Virus record (IMG/VR): IMGVR_UViG_3300014874_000001
Coordinates: 1 to 64,000 of that record
Reading direction: 5' to 3' (one strand)
DNA length: 64,000 bases
Source of the DNA: a virus
Shown: piece by piece, positions 25,011 through 35,287 of the stretch
How the letters are laid out: each line of letters begins with the position of its first letter
How positions within the stretch are numbered: position 1 is the stretch's first letter
Notes under the pieces: generated by a model
Told to the model about the DNA's origin: nothing
The model's database searches: none
What the model saw: only the letters and a program-made list of their open reading frames with translations
Made by a program: the position numbers and the translations under genes

Positions 25011-27109
25011 GGTTTGTTACCTCGTTGAGCCGCTATGGCGGCAGCACGTTGTTCCCGAATCGTTGAGAGAATGTCTCGGTCTCTGTCGACTGCCCGTCTC
25101 TCTTGTAGCTGTCCGATTATCGGCGATTGCGGATCGAGTGCCCGAAGATAGGCGATTGCTTGCTCATCCGTAAGAGTCGGGGCGTTGAGGTCCTTCATCT
25201 TCTGCGCCTGAATCTGTTCGGTCATGGTAGGCTCGTGAGCGCCCATGAGTGTATTCAGGATGTGCTTGAGTGAGAAGCTAACCTTCCCGCCCTTCGCATA
25301 TTCCTTCTTCACCAGCTCGACCGAGCCCGGAATAGCACCTTCCATCTGTTGATTCAGGAGCTGGAGTCTCGGTTGATCCCCGACGGTAAGCGCGTCCTCT
25401 AGCTTGTCCGCGAACGTCTTCAGTTCCTTTACCGCGCCGCCATCCTTCTTCTTCAGGGGTTCTTCCAGCGGTAGCTCCGGCTCCATCTTCTTGCGAAGGA
25501 CCTCCAAGAAGCCTCTGATTCTCGCGGCATCAGCTAGGCGATCACCCGTCGTCGGCTCGGGTAGATTGGATGGAAGTCTCGGCTGACGGGGTCGTACGTT
25601 CTGAATCCGACGCAGATCGAAGGTCCGGCCGCCCTTGGCAAACCCGCTCGTAGTACCCTTCGTCGCAAAGTGCTCGACGAACTTATCCATCTCCGCTTGA
25701 GTGACTTGCGGCCCGAGGGCGGCTATCGCAACCTTCGCCATGTCCCGCTTATCCCCCTGCAAATACTCCAGGTAGGCTTTCGCGGCTGACTTGTCGAGTG
25801 AGCGTACGCCCTCTGGGATGATCGACTTAGAGAGTTGGCTAAGCATCTCAGAGACCCGTTGTGGATCTGCGTACTGACCGCCGGCGTTCGGGAGAGGCGC
25901 GGGAAGATTCGAGTTCACGGGAGGAAGTTCCATCACTCCGAGTTGCGGGTTAACAGGACCGCCCGCGTCCAGTTTCAAGAGGCTGGCCGGGTCCGGAGCA
26001 TTCGGGCTGGTCTTACCTTTCGCCAGAGCCCGGCCCTTGTGTTGTCGAATCTGCGAGCGGAGCTTATCGAGCCGATCCGCACCCGCTTCCGAGGAACCGT
26101 CCCCGAGAAGCGCCACAGTCTCTGCGTCCATCACGTACTCGCCTTCGGACAGCAGAGCCTCGATGTCGTCGCTACGTCCCGTGGGACTACGACCGCCCTC
26201 TGCCTTCCCGTACATCGAGATCGGAACGTCGCCGGTCAGCATATGATTCCCGCGACGTGCCCCTGACGGTTCCATGCTCGGAGCCTGATCCATTGAGAGA
26301 GGACCGGAAGGCTGGAAGAAGTTGTGCTCGCCACTCGTCTTGCCATAGCTGGAGTAGTCGCCCTGATACGGTGTCCGCTGTCGAACCAGAGGGGATGTCG
26401 GCGGAAGGCTTACGCCTGGATCGCCCCAGCCTGGGGGAGGACCTTGATCATCCGGTTGTCCTGCTCCCGTGAGCATACCGAGACCGGTAGCACCGACTCC
26501 GACCGCTTTCAGAACGTTTGGGATATTCAGGCTGCCGTCCGGGTTGTGCATCATATTCTGGAAGCCACCTTGGAGCGAATCCCCCATGCGAGCGAAGAAT
26601 CCGGGTGTAGCTCCCGTTTGCGTAAGCGCCCCCACCTCAGGAAATGCCATCAGCTCCGTCGAGTATGGAAGCGCGGCTCCACCTGGTAGCAAGCCTCCGG
26701 TGGCTGGTGCGATTTCCGATAGCGTCTCGGGAGCGTAGGCCGCGAACGAGTCACCCGCCGTAGAAGTCAACGCCCCTTGTCCGGCAGTCTCGGCTCCGGC
26801 GGCCGCGAGCCCGGGAAGATTGGCGAAGATCGATCCGATGCCGGTACCGATGATTCCGGCTCGTACCAAGCCGTTTGCCATCTCGCTGTTCCCGTACTGG
26901 CCTCCCGGGGTAAGCTGCGCAGCCCGCATGTTCAGAAGCTCCTGATAGCGCTGATCCGGAGTCCGCTGTCCCCAGACGCGTTGCATGCCAGGAGACATCC
27001 CCGGAACGGCGGGCGCTCGCTCCGAGTTGTAGTTCTGGTCCGCGAACTGAAGCGCGGCTTCCCAGTCTGCGTCGGAAACCCAATCGGGTCTGGCGGCGGC
27101 GGTCGGCAT
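25007..27109 (-). CDS. Large internal-virion-type protein (700 aa)
   Basis: AGGAGA before ATG 27109. Motifs GFAKGGRTF, EYAKGGKVSF and LSEGEYVMDAETVALLG. Confidence 0.6.
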   Translation of the reverse strand: MPTAAARPDWVSDADWEAALQFADQNYNSERAPAVPGMSPGMQRVWGQRTPDQRYQELLNMRAAQLTPGGQYGNSEMANGLVRAGIIGTGIGSIFANLPGLAAAGAETAGQGALTSTAGDSFAAYAPETLSEIAPATGGLLPGGAALPYSTELMAFPEVGALTQTGATPGFFARMGDSLQGGFQNMMHNPDGSLNIPNVLKAVGVGATGLGMLTGAGQPDDQGPPPGWGDPGVSLPPTSPLVRQRTPYQGDYSSYGKTSGEHNFFQPSGPLSMDQAPSMEPSGARRGNHMLTGDVPISMYGKAEGGRSPTGRSDDIEALLSEGEYVMDAETVALLGDGSSEAGADRLDKLRSQIRQHKGRALAKGKTSPNAPDPASLLKLDAGGPVNPQLGVMELPPVNSNLPAPLPNAGGQYADPQRVSEMLSQLSKSIIPEGVRSLDKSAAKAYLEYLQGDKRDMAKVAIAALGPQVTQAEMDKFVEHFATKGTTSGFAKGGRTFDLRRIQNVRPRQPRLPSNLPEPTTGDRLADAARIRGFLEVLRKKMEPELPLEEPLKKKDGGAVKELKTFADKLEDALTVGDQPRLQLLNQQMEGAIPGSVELVKKEYAKGGKVSFSLKHILNTLMGAHEPTMTEQIQAQKMKDLNAPTLTDEQAIAYLRALDPQSPIIGQLQERRAVDRDRDILSTIREQRAAAIAAQRGNKP

Positions 27110-27118
27110 CTGAATCTC

Positions 27119-27367
27119 CTAGGGACGCGATTGAAGAGGCGAGATAATCTGATTAAACCGGGAAGCCCATTCCTCGAAGTCCTCGAACTGTGTCGGATCG
27201 GGCACGACTATACCACGGCGGAAGAGAGTCTGTCGAGCATACGATCCCCACTCCTTCCATTGGTCTCCACTCTCTATCTTCATCACCCGGAGATAGGCAG
27301 AGAGATTGTCCGCGGTATAGTCTACCCACTCTCTCTTCTCCAGCCCCCGAGGATCGACTAGATTCAC
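27119..27367 (-). CDS. Hypothetical protein (82 aa)
   Basis: GTG 27367 overlaps the upstream TGA (GTGA). Confidence 0.5.
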   Translation of the reverse strand: MNLVDPRGLEKREWVDYTADNLSAYLRVMKIESGDQWKEWGSYARQTLFRRGIVVPDPTQFEDFEEWASRFNQIISPLQSRP

Positions 27368-28881
27368 TGCGTCTTCCTCTCACCAGATTTGTCGACATGC
27401 GCGAGGTCCTTGCCCATCTGGTAGTTCCCCGCAACCGCATTCGACTCGAACTTGACGCTAACCAATCGCGCGGCTCTCTTGAACCGAACGTTCTGGTTCT
27501 CCGCATCGACTCCGGCGGGCGGCTCTTGCTGTTCCGTGATCGTAGCCGTTTCCAAGTCCTGTACGGCGGCGCGAGCGTTCGCCCGACCCTTCAGGGTAAT
27601 GGTTAGGTCTCCCGCCTGGATAAAGTCCGGCTCGACTTCGGCGACTCGGAGCACGCCCTCTTCTGGCTTGTCCGCTCCGATGATCGAAATCTCAGCCGTC
27701 TCGAAGTGCGATGGGATTGGCTCGGTCCCCGCCGAGTTGACCTGGTCGAGTCCGGTCTCGTGCTGCCACAGGGTGAAGCCCGTGTTCCCTTCGTCCACTC
27801 CAGTCATGAATGGCTTGAAGTAAACCTTGGCGTAGAGGCCGTCCGAGCGACCGCTGTTCGGAAGCTCCGTATCATACCAGTAGTTCTCGCGAACGTTGTA
27901 GACGATCGCATGCGTACACTCCGTAGCAGTATCCCGTGGATAGCACCACCATATCTCACCGAAACGAGGAACCTTATACGCGAAGACCTTCTGACGCTGC
28001 TCGAAGTTCAGGCCGTCGAAGAAGTAGTTGAAGTTGTACTGATTCGGTATCTCGCGGATCACGCCGTTATAAGCGAGGAACCGATCGACCCCGGGCCAGT
28101 AGAAGATGCCATCGTACTCGATCACTCCGCGCGATGACAGAATCGAACTCTCACCGATCGTATCGAAGTCCCAGATCGGCGTTCCACCAGCATTCAGTGT
28201 CATGACGAGAAGCGAATCCAGACTCCAGAGGAGCGCAGCCGGGACGCCGCCGCCTCGAACGGCTAGACCCTTGACGATCTTCTGCGGAGTGATGAAGTCC
28301 TCATCCGTTCCATTGTCGAGGTTGTTCGCGGTCGTGTTCCACTGGATGTACCCTCCTGAGCCGAATGCTACCAGGTAGTTTCCGACGGTGATGACTCCGC
28401 CGCTGACCGGGGTGTAGGTAGTATCGATAAGCGCCGTCGCTGCCGTGAGCTCTCCATACCAAACCTCCACCGCTGTGTCCGAGGCGATGTCCATGTTCGG
28501 TGGAACGTTAGCGACGATGACTGTAGACCCGCCGCCGATGTCCACATCGAAGATCGCGTCGAACTGTCCGATGTTGTTCGGATCGGTCGTATAGCCGGCA
28601 GGCGTTCGGTCGTTGAAAGTCGTTTGCGCTCCAGAGTTATTCAGAAGTCTCTGGAGGATTTGCGACTCCGCGGACAGGTGCATGTACTGGAGAGCGTTGA
28701 CCGTGAATGAGTGGATTCCGTAGACTAGCTCGGGCATGTCCTCGATGACGGCGAGATAGCCGAACATTTTTCGGGGCAGCCCACGCTGGAACCGACACCA
28801 CTGAGCATCCAGGTAGAAGTCTCGGTCGAACCGAGTACCGTCCCGCTGGACACCGGGATTTGAGCGAAGAGGGATGATCAT
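27364..28881 (-). CDS. Large tail/virion structural protein (505 aa), tail-tubular-B-like by position
   Basis: Track ORF. Beta-rich, Trp/Tyr-rich repeats. The function is only an inference from gene order. Confidence 0.45.
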   Translation of the reverse strand: MIIPLRSNPGVQRDGTRFDRDFYLDAQWCRFQRGLPRKMFGYLAVIEDMPELVYGIHSFTVNALQYMHLSAESQILQRLLNNSGAQTTFNDRTPAGYTTDPNNIGQFDAIFDVDIGGGSTVIVANVPPNMDIASDTAVEVWYGELTAATALIDTTYTPVSGGVITVGNYLVAFGSGGYIQWNTTANNLDNGTDEDFITPQKIVKGLAVRGGGVPAALLWSLDSLLVMTLNAGGTPIWDFDTIGESSILSSRGVIEYDGIFYWPGVDRFLAYNGVIREIPNQYNFNYFFDGLNFEQRQKVFAYKVPRFGEIWWCYPRDTATECTHAIVYNVRENYWYDTELPNSGRSDGLYAKVYFKPFMTGVDEGNTGFTLWQHETGLDQVNSAGTEPIPSHFETAEISIIGADKPEEGVLRVAEVEPDFIQAGDLTITLKGRANARAAVQDLETATITEQQEPPAGVDAENQNVRFKRAARLVSVKFESNAVAGNYQMGKDLAHVDKSGERKTQ

Positions 28882-30344
28882 CGAATCGCCTTTATCGAGA
28901 AGTACAACTCGTCCATGATACTAGTCGTCAGGTTATTGGGGTCTGACAGGACGAGATACTGACACTTGAAGATGTCGCCCGCCGCGCACGAGACGTACAT
29001 CGTCGGAATGTTGATCTGAGTCGAGCCCGGAATCGCCGGGGGGTCCCAGAGCAGCGTAGCAGTTTGTACCGCTACGCCATTCTTCTGAATCTGAACGGTA
29101 AGGACCCAGTAGTTCTCACCTGCCGTGACGACGCGATGAGTCCCATTAAAGCTGACCTCGACGGCGGTGACTCCAGGAGGAACGATGAAACGTTCGTTGT
29201 TCGTAACGATATCGTGCCAGTCGCCTACGTCGATGATATCGGCATCATCGAAGACGAGGTTGGTTAGTGCGCTTGCCGTCGAAAGGTTCTGGCCATTGTT
29301 TCGACCCGTGCAGAAGAGATTCCCCGCCTGAGCCGAGACGACATCCGCTCCATCGCAGTAGAGAATCCGCTGACAGCCCGGAGGAACGACAACGCCCGTA
29401 CCGGCGGAAGTCTTCACCGTCACGGCGAACTGTCCGGTTGTCGCGTTGTTGATCCAGTATTCTTGGATCGTGGTAGGAACGATGACGTTCCGAGCCCCCG
29501 TGATAGCGCCCGTGAGCTTGTACGCGATCCGATTAAGCTGACTCGGGCCGGTCAGCGTAAAGTCTCCGGCTGCTCCCGCGATGCTGATCGAGGTGTAGTC
29601 GAACGAGTCCGTGGTAACTGTCGATAGACCGATGGTGTAGTAGTTCGTTCCGTCGGTGTAGATGATCGCGGAGCTCAACGGCGCGAGCACCAGCGTTGCG
29701 GACCCGTTGATCGTCCCGGCCGCCGGAGTAATCGTGAGGCTCCCAGTACCATTGTTCCGAACCATGACATTCCAGTCGTCGCCTAGGGTCGCCGGATCGG
29801 GAAGTGTCGCGGCCCCTACTCCTCCAGTCCACTGCTTAACCCGGGCTCGATCCGCAAGGACAATAGCGAGCGTGCCAACCGCCTGTGTATCCGTCCGTAG
29901 CGCGAGGTTCAGAGTCGTCGTGATCGCCTTCAGTCCCGCTCCGGCGAGTGCCGCCGCTGTGGCGGAGGAAGTGCCGGTACCGAACTGGAACGTCTCCCAG
30001 GTTCCGGCGGCGTCCGTATTGTCCGAGAGATAAAATTCCCAGACCTCGCCCGAGGGAACAGTACCAATGACGTTACCGTCGTTGTCGAGAACGGAGAACG
30101 TGAAGGCTCCCTTGTTGTTGATGAGCGTAGCCTGGCCCGGCCCGGCGATCGTTGCATCAGGAAACGTAAGCGTACGTCCGCCAGCATCCGGCGTAATGTC
30201 CATGATATCGGCGAAGACATCTTCACCAGGAAGTGAAACCTCCGTCGCCCACTGCAGCTCGGTGTTCGCGTCGAGAGCAAGCGCGAGGTACGTGAGCTGA
30301 GCCGGGAAGATATTGTCGTTCCCGAAGACTTCTGCGAATGGCAT
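28878..30344 (-). CDS. Tail fibre / receptor-binding protein (488 aa)
   Basis: ATG 30344 just after the upstream TAA. Gly/Thr/Ala-rich shaft. Jelly-roll-like C-terminus ...VQIQKNGVAVQTATLLWD...YVSCAAGDIFKCQYLV. Confidence 0.6.
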   Translation of the reverse strand: MPFAEVFGNDNIFPAQLTYLALALDANTELQWATEVSLPGEDVFADIMDITPDAGGRTLTFPDATIAGPGQATLINNKGAFTFSVLDNDGNVIGTVPSGEVWEFYLSDNTDAAGTWETFQFGTGTSSATAAALAGAGLKAITTTLNLALRTDTQAVGTLAIVLADRARVKQWTGGVGAATLPDPATLGDDWNVMVRNNGTGSLTITPAAGTINGSATLVLAPLSSAIIYTDGTNYYTIGLSTVTTDSFDYTSISIAGAAGDFTLTGPSQLNRIAYKLTGAITGARNVIVPTTIQEYWINNATTGQFAVTVKTSAGTGVVVPPGCQRILYCDGADVVSAQAGNLFCTGRNNGQNLSTASALTNLVFDDADIIDVGDWHDIVTNNERFIVPPGVTAVEVSFNGTHRVVTAGENYWVLTVQIQKNGVAVQTATLLWDPPAIPGSTQINIPTMYVSCAAGDIFKCQYLVLSDPNNLTTSIMDELYFSIKAIR

Positions 30345-30345
30345 G

Positions 30346-30996
30346 TTACACCGTCCTTCGGATGGTCGTACGATCGATGACCCGCTGTAGGTCTTGTGTA
30401 TTGAGAGCCGATAGCTCACCGGCATAGGCATCCTTCCATGCCTGAGTCCAGGGTCCGTCCTTCAGGAACGGTTCGGCCTGTACGAGTGAGCCGTAGAGCA
30501 AAGCCTGAGGTGCGTAGTCCGTAAGCCAGTTCGTCTGGTTCCCCGCATCGAGTAGCGGAGGCTGTTGCCAGTAGTTCCACTCATACGGATACGCGGCAAT
30601 CGGAGTTGGAACGACCAGAATGTGTTGATAGTCGTAGTCGCAATAAAACTCGGGAACGTCCCGCAGCGCCGTATTCGGCCAGTAGGTCCGGCAGTACTCA
30701 TAGGGGCGGGGGAACAGCGGGCGACGCTCCTGGTCCGGCGCCGTGCCGACTCCGAAGTTCATCGAAGCTGTCTGTCTCCAACGATCGGGTTTAGCGTAGA
30801 TGCCAGTGCCCGCAACCATCGTATCTGTGACGGGAAGTAGAAGACCAAGGATCTTCAGCTTCGTCGCGATGTCCCTCTCGGCCAGATTTATCAGGCTGGG
30901 GATTTGCGCGAAGACCGTAGCGTCACTCGCATAGCCCCGCTCCAAGTACGCCTGGAGGTCTGCGAACAGAGACGTATAGGTCATGGACACCGACAT
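30346..30996 (-). CDS. Virion structural protein (216 aa), adaptor-like by position
   Basis: AAGGAGAAGG before ATG 30996. Confidence 0.5.
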   Translation of the reverse strand: MSVSMTYTSLFADLQAYLERGYASDATVFAQIPSLINLAERDIATKLKILGLLLPVTDTMVAGTGIYAKPDRWRQTASMNFGVGTAPDQERRPLFPRPYEYCRTYWPNTALRDVPEFYCDYDYQHILVVPTPIAAYPYEWNYWQQPPLLDAGNQTNWLTDYAPQALLYGSLVQAEPFLKDGPWTQAWKDAYAGELSALNTQDLQRVIDRTTIRRTV

Positions 30997-31007
30997 CTAC
31001 CTTCTCC

Positions 31008-31532
31008 TTACTTGCGCTTGCCTTTCTTGGGCTTCGGCGCGGACTCGGGCTCTGTGTCCTCTTCTTCAGCTTCCTCGCTGTCGAGAGCCGGTTCTTCCGG
31101 CCGATCCAACTGTTCCTCCTGCGCATCGACCGTAGCCTGGTCAAGTGCCGCCAGAGCCTCAGACTCCTTGGGCTCGTCCGACTTGGACTCCTCGACGGCC
31201 TTGTCAACGGCGGTCTCGGCTGCGGCGGGCTTGATCCCCTGCTCCTCCTGGAGATGTGCCTTTGCTACGGCAATTACGTCCAGAGCTGTATTCAGCCGGG
31301 TCGTGAAGGAATCGAAGTCCCGACTCGTCGGCTGGTAACCGGCATCGGCCATCGACTGGATCTGTGCGGTGAACTCCTTCAGAGCGGCCGCTGTCTTCGC
31401 GCCGCCTTGTCCAAGTTCGATGATGTGTCCAATCATAAAGACCGTGTCGATGCTCTTCAGACCGCCGCCCCCGAGCTTCGGATTCGAGACGAGAGTGCGG
31501 AGTGCGCTTAGCGCTGCTAGTATAAGTTCCAT
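31008..31532 (-). CDS. Hypothetical protein with acidic C-terminal tail
   Basis: Track ORF. Confidence 0.5.
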   Translation of the reverse strand: MELILAALSALRTLVSNPKLGGGGLKSIDTVFMIGHIIELGQGGAKTAAALKEFTAQIQSMADAGYQPTSRDFDSFTTRLNTALDVIAVAKAHLQEEQGIKPAAAETAVDKAVEESKSDEPKESEALAALDQATVDAQEEQLDRPEEPALDSEEAEEEDTEPESAPKPKKGKRK

Positions 31533-31936
31533 TATTGTGCTCCTCTGAGAACGGCCTTGAGATCATCAGTCACGGGTCCCACTCGATCGATCCACGAGTT
31601 CAGGTTGTTGAGAGCTGCGAGTAGCCTACCCTCTTGGGTAGCGTCCGCCTGGAACGCGGCTCGTGCATCCTCGACCTCCAGATAGACCTTCAACCCCTCC
31701 CGGGCAAACTTCCCGCCAACCTCACCCGCCGCGATCAACCGAGCCTGTATAGGCGTCGGAAGGGTCTCGGGGCCAACGAGACCGGCGATCTGCTCGACAA
31801 CGATCGAAACCGATCCGTACGCCGCCAGCGCTCGTTGCTGGTTTGTGTCGGCGGCGCGGATCGGGTTGTACTGGGCACACGCCGCAATCAGGACGATTGC
31901 GAGCGCCAACCAGATATCTCTGACTCGTGGAATCAT
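31532..31936 (-). CDS. Lipoprotein (possible o-spanin or surface/exclusion lipoprotein)
   Basis: MIPRVRDIWLALAIVLIAAC has a lipobox LIAAC. Confidence 0.6.
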   Translation of the reverse strand: MIPRVRDIWLALAIVLIAACAQYNPIRAADTNQQRALAAYGSVSIVVEQIAGLVGPETLPTPIQARLIAAGEVGGKFAREGLKVYLEVEDARAAFQADATQEGRLLAALNNLNSWIDRVGPVTDDLKAVLRGAQ

Positions 31937-31960
31937 GTTAGCTCCTTCTGTGGTTGAAAA

Positions 31961-32257
31961 CTAGATACCGCCGGGACCAGTACCGGTACCCGGTGTTGAG
32001 TTGATAGCCGTCTCCATTGCGGCGGCTGTCGTCGCCTTCGCTTGCTCGATCTTCACGGCCGAACTGTTACTGAACCCGGCCGCCGTAATCGCGACGCCGA
32101 GAATCGATCCGACGATACCGATCAGCGTAATCGAACGCATGGACATCACGGCGTCGAGCTGACCTGAGGCCGCCATTGACATAAGCTGCATCAGAACCGC
32201 CGATAGCACGCCCATGATCTTGACCTTGTTATCCCAAACCATTTGCCAGAATGTCAT
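31961..32257 (-). CDS. Holin-like membrane protein
   Basis: 98 aa with 2-3 hydrophobic helices, adjacent to the endolysin. Confidence 0.6.
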   Translation of the reverse strand: MTFWQMVWDNKVKIMGVLSAVLMQLMSMAASGQLDAVMSMRSITLIGIVGSILGVAITAAGFSNSSAVKIEQAKATTAAAMETAINSTPGTGTGPGGI

Positions 32258-32691
32258 ACCGTAACTCCTTGTATGCTATTGACTACTTCTACGTGAGGTG
32301 CGTCGAGGAACGACTCATCTGCGTCGCGCCCTACTGAATGAAAGTCGCCGTCCCAGTCCAGGCCGAACCTAAGTTTGACCCCATGTCGGTAGGCGACGGC
32401 CTGTACCACGCCCATGATACGTCCGAACGCGATGAGATCGTCCCAGTCGATCTTCGTGCCTTCTTGATAGTAGAGCGGCGCGAGGTCAACAGCGAGAGAG
32501 GGGTAGGCGTTGTGTTTTCCGTGCGGCCAGTGGAGCTTGGTAGCTCCTCGGGCAAACGCGGCTTCCTGATCCGTCTGACCTCGGTGACCCTCCAAGACCG
32601 TGAGGGGAATGATAGTCTCCGCTTCAACGACAACCTCCCGCAGATAGCGTTCTACGGTTTCGAGACGACTCGCTGCGACCTTACTGAGCAT
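32254..32691 (-). CDS. Endolysin, peptidase M15 (L-Ala-D-Glu / VanY-like)
   Basis: HRGQTDQEAAF..., HNAYPSLAVDLAP (H..A.D), DWDGD, DAPHVE. Confidence 0.75.
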   Translation of the reverse strand: MLSKVAASRLETVERYLREVVVEAETIIPLTVLEGHRGQTDQEAAFARGATKLHWPHGKHNAYPSLAVDLAPLYYQEGTKIDWDDLIAFGRIMGVVQAVAYRHGVKLRFGLDWDGDFHSVGRDADESFLDAPHVEVVNSIQGVTV

Positions 32692-33061
32692 CGGACTTCG
32701 CTCCGTTCTTCTCAGCCAGGACCTTCAGAACCGCAACCTGGACCTTTACCTCGTTGACCGTGTTGTTGATAGCATGTTCCGTCTTCGATCGACGCTCCTC
32801 GTTCGCGTCCATCTTGTCCATGATCTTCTCGAAGTATGCTCGGTTCTCGACATGCATCATATTGTGTCGCATCTCGATATCCTGCATGGCCGTTTTCAAC
32901 TCGTCTCGGCTAATCATGTTTTTCTCTATGGCATCTATTCGACTTAGGCCCTTATCGAATCGCGCAACGTCTCGCCGTCCGAACCAAAGAACAAGATTCC
33001 AAAGGAAAGTAATAGCCACCAACACCCATGGAACGAGGTTACCAAATTGAAAGTCGTCCAA
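32681..33061 (-). CDS. N-terminally membrane-anchored coiled-coil protein (i-spanin-like); low-GC gene
   Basis: TTG 33061 lies 5 nt after GGAGG and does not overlap the fibre stop. MDDFQFGNLVPWVLVAITFLWNLVLWFG is a TM segment followed by a helical region. I counted 53 G+C in the 120 nt 32821-32940. Confidence 0.5.
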   Translation of the reverse strand: MDDFQFGNLVPWVLVAITFLWNLVLWFGRRDVARFDKGLSRIDAIEKNMISRDELKTAMQDIEMRHNMMHVENRAYFEKIMDKMDANEERRSKTEHAINNTVNEVKVQVAVLKVLAEKNGAKSDAQ

Positions 33062-33072
33062 ATCATCCTCCG

Positions 33073-34812
33073 TTATTCCGGTATAATATAGCTTGCCGAC
33101 CACTCGGCAATGCTCTTCGTGCCCGAGGACGTCCAGCTGGCCGCTGCGTTACAGACCCCGGAAGTTGTGGTGGTGTACGAGATGGTTCCGGCAGTCGAGA
33201 TAATCGCGCACGAGACTCCGAAGGTTCCGTTGTCTTGTCCCTCCAGAGTGTGGTAGATAACCTTCTGTGCCGTCAATGGACGGATCGCCGCTGGAACGTC
33301 TCCCGCGTTCGAGGTAAAGGACGTGGAGTCGCTAGTACATCCCGCGCCGGAAGAGGTGACGTGGATAGTCACCACATTACCGACCTTGAAGTACCTCAGT
33401 ACCGAGGTCGGTGATGTGGTGCAGGCGGTGTCGTAGGTAAGCGTCGCAGTCGTGCTGCTAGGGGTGTTGTCGACTCCGTTCACAGACGTGGCGGTTGAGA
33501 CTAGGGCTGCGCTCGTGACGGTGGTACCCGTTCGGGTATACGTCCAGCCACCACCGAAGGTACTTAGAGCGTCGTCAAGCGCGCGGAGAGTTAGCGTTCC
33601 GTTGTCGTTTCGCCAGTCCCACGTCTTCTCGTCGGCTGCCGCACCTTGGTCGATTATCTGCATGACCGGGAGCTGCGAGCGGAATCGGATCGAAGGAGTC
33701 GAGCTAGAGCCGAGAACATCGAAGACGGCCTGGTTCGAGATAGTCGTCGTGGCCGACAGCACCGAGAGCTTCGCGGGCGACTGGGCGGTGAAGTTGGCGT
33801 CTACCGACGTGGCACCCTGGATCGAGACGCCCGCCGCCGTTCCGAAAGTAATGCCCGAAGCACTCAGCGCGAGAACATTCGATCCGCCCGTCGTGAAGTT
33901 CATGTTGTTGGCACTCGAACGGTAGATGCCCGTATCGAGATCGCCAGCAAACGTATACGCCGGGGTCATCGGAGTATTAGCCGCTACAGCGATGACATGA
34001 CCGGCGACCGTGAGATCGTCCGTCGTCTTGTTGTAGGTAAGGCCAGCATCGCCGCCGAAGGCCGACGAGTCATTGAACTGGACTTGGGTATCGGAGCCCC
34101 CTGGAGGAGAGCTTGCCGCCGCCCAGGTACCGTCACCTCGCCAGAACGTCGAGGCACTCGCCGAGGTCCCGCTATTCAGGTTGGTGACCGGGAGGTTCCC
34201 CGTAACATCGTTCGAGAGGTCCACGGCCGACCATGTGGCATCCCCCTGCCAAAATGTGTTCGCAGTCGCGCCGGTCCCCGAGTTGAGACTCGCGACGCCG
34301 AGATTGCCCGTGACGCCATTAGCTAGGTTAACCTGTGCCCAGGCCGGGTTGTTCGAGGCCCCCGTGTTCGAGAGATACCTCGTTGCATTGGTATCTTTCG
34401 CGAGTGCGGCGAGAGTATTGACTCCCGAACCATAGAGCGTATCGCCCTGAACAACTCCGGGGATTGTGGTACCAACTGCCGAGAACGGTCCGACGGTGCC
34501 TCCGTTGATCCGCGCGAAGAGGCCGCCTGTCGTCGTCCAGAGGTCTCCATTGGTAGGTGAGGAGGGTGCGGTCCCCGGCGGGAGGTTGAATCCGGCCCCT
34601 CCGAGAGCGCTGGCTACCGTCGTAAGCTTCCCGGTAATATCAACGGCGTCATTAAGGTTCAGATTCCCCGTGCCATTGGAGACCGCCCCTCGCAGATCGG
34701 AGGTAGTGTTGACCCGGACCGAGCTGAAGATTGTCGGTGTCTGCGCTTCGAGGATGCCCCCGATAGCAAAGCCAAACGCGACAAGAAGAACCTTCTGAAA
34801 ATTGATCTTCAT
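33073..34812 (-). CDS. Tail fibre paralog A (579 aa) with signal-peptide-like N-terminus
   Basis: ATG 34812 overlaps the upstream TGA (ATGA). [24 protein letters not shown]. Shares [36 protein letters not shown] and [11 protein letters not shown] modules with 37461..39050. Confidence 0.65.
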   Translation of the reverse strand: MKINFQKVLLVAFGFAIGGILEAQTPTIFSSVRVNTTSDLRGAVSNGTGNLNLNDAVDITGKLTTVASALGGAGFNLPPGTAPSSPTNGDLWTTTGGLFARINGGTVGPFSAVGTTIPGVVQGDTLYGSGVNTLAALAKDTNATRYLSNTGASNNPAWAQVNLANGVTGNLGVASLNSGTGATANTFWQGDATWSAVDLSNDVTGNLPVTNLNSGTSASASTFWRGDGTWAAASSPPGGSDTQVQFNDSSAFGGDAGLTYNKTTDDLTVAGHVIAVAANTPMTPAYTFAGDLDTGIYRSSANNMNFTTGGSNVLALSASGITFGTAAGVSIQGATSVDANFTAQSPAKLSVLSATTTISNQAVFDVLGSSSTPSIRFRSQLPVMQIIDQGAAADEKTWDWRNDNGTLTLRALDDALSTFGGGWTYTRTGTTVTSAALVSTATSVNGVDNTPSSTTATLTYDTACTTSPTSVLRYFKVGNVVTIHVTSSGAGCTSDSTSFTSNAGDVPAAIRPLTAQKVIYHTLEGQDNGTFGVSCAIISTAGTISYTTTTSGVCNAAASWTSSGTKSIAEWSASYIIPE

Positions 34813-35279
34813 TGCTTTACCCACCTAGAAAGTGTGCCGTCGTAGATGAACAGCGCTCCGCACATCGGAGGAACGATCAGATCACCGTTGATCGCGAATC
34901 GGTTCGCGGCCGTCGAGCCCGCCGCCTCGTTCATGATGGTCAGCGTGTCGACGAGATCACGGTTCTGGATCGAGAGTATCTTTCCGTCTTCACCTCCCGT
35001 CTTACCGTTCAGCTCGGTATCCCCCGTGAGCGTGAGCGCGAGTCTCGCTGCAGCACTGATATCTGTAGCTTCATCGTTGATGGGTCCCGCGCCGAGTGCG
35101 GCGGTCGCGACGCCCGTGAGAAGCAGCTGCCCGGTTATATCTGCTCCCCCTAGAGTGTCGGTCGGGGTCTGGCGAGTTTGCCCGTCCTGTACCAAGGGAA
35201 CGGCTTCGGCTCCGGTCAAGCCCGTAGCATTCGGCAGCTCCGAAATCTTGACGAGAACTCCTCTGAATGTAGATGGCAT
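34809..35279 (-). CDS. Fibre-associated structural protein (156 aa)
   Basis: Track ORF. Confidence 0.5.
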   Translation of the reverse strand: MPSTFRGVLVKISELPNATGLTGAEAVPLVQDGQTRQTPTDTLGGADITGQLLLTGVATAALGAGPINDEATDISAAARLALTLTGDTELNGKTGGEDGKILSIQNRDLVDTLTIMNEAAGSTAANRFAINGDLIVPPMCGALFIYDGTLSRWVKQ

Positions 35280-35287
35280 CGCTCCTC

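Noticed and set aside
33022-33066. ATG at 33066 (- strand) opening a 40-aa hydrophobic ORF in another frame of the i-spanin-like gene.
   Set aside because: The GGAGG abuts the ATG with no spacer. The in-frame TTG 33061 has proper 5-nt spacing and gives the TM-plus-coiled-coil protein.
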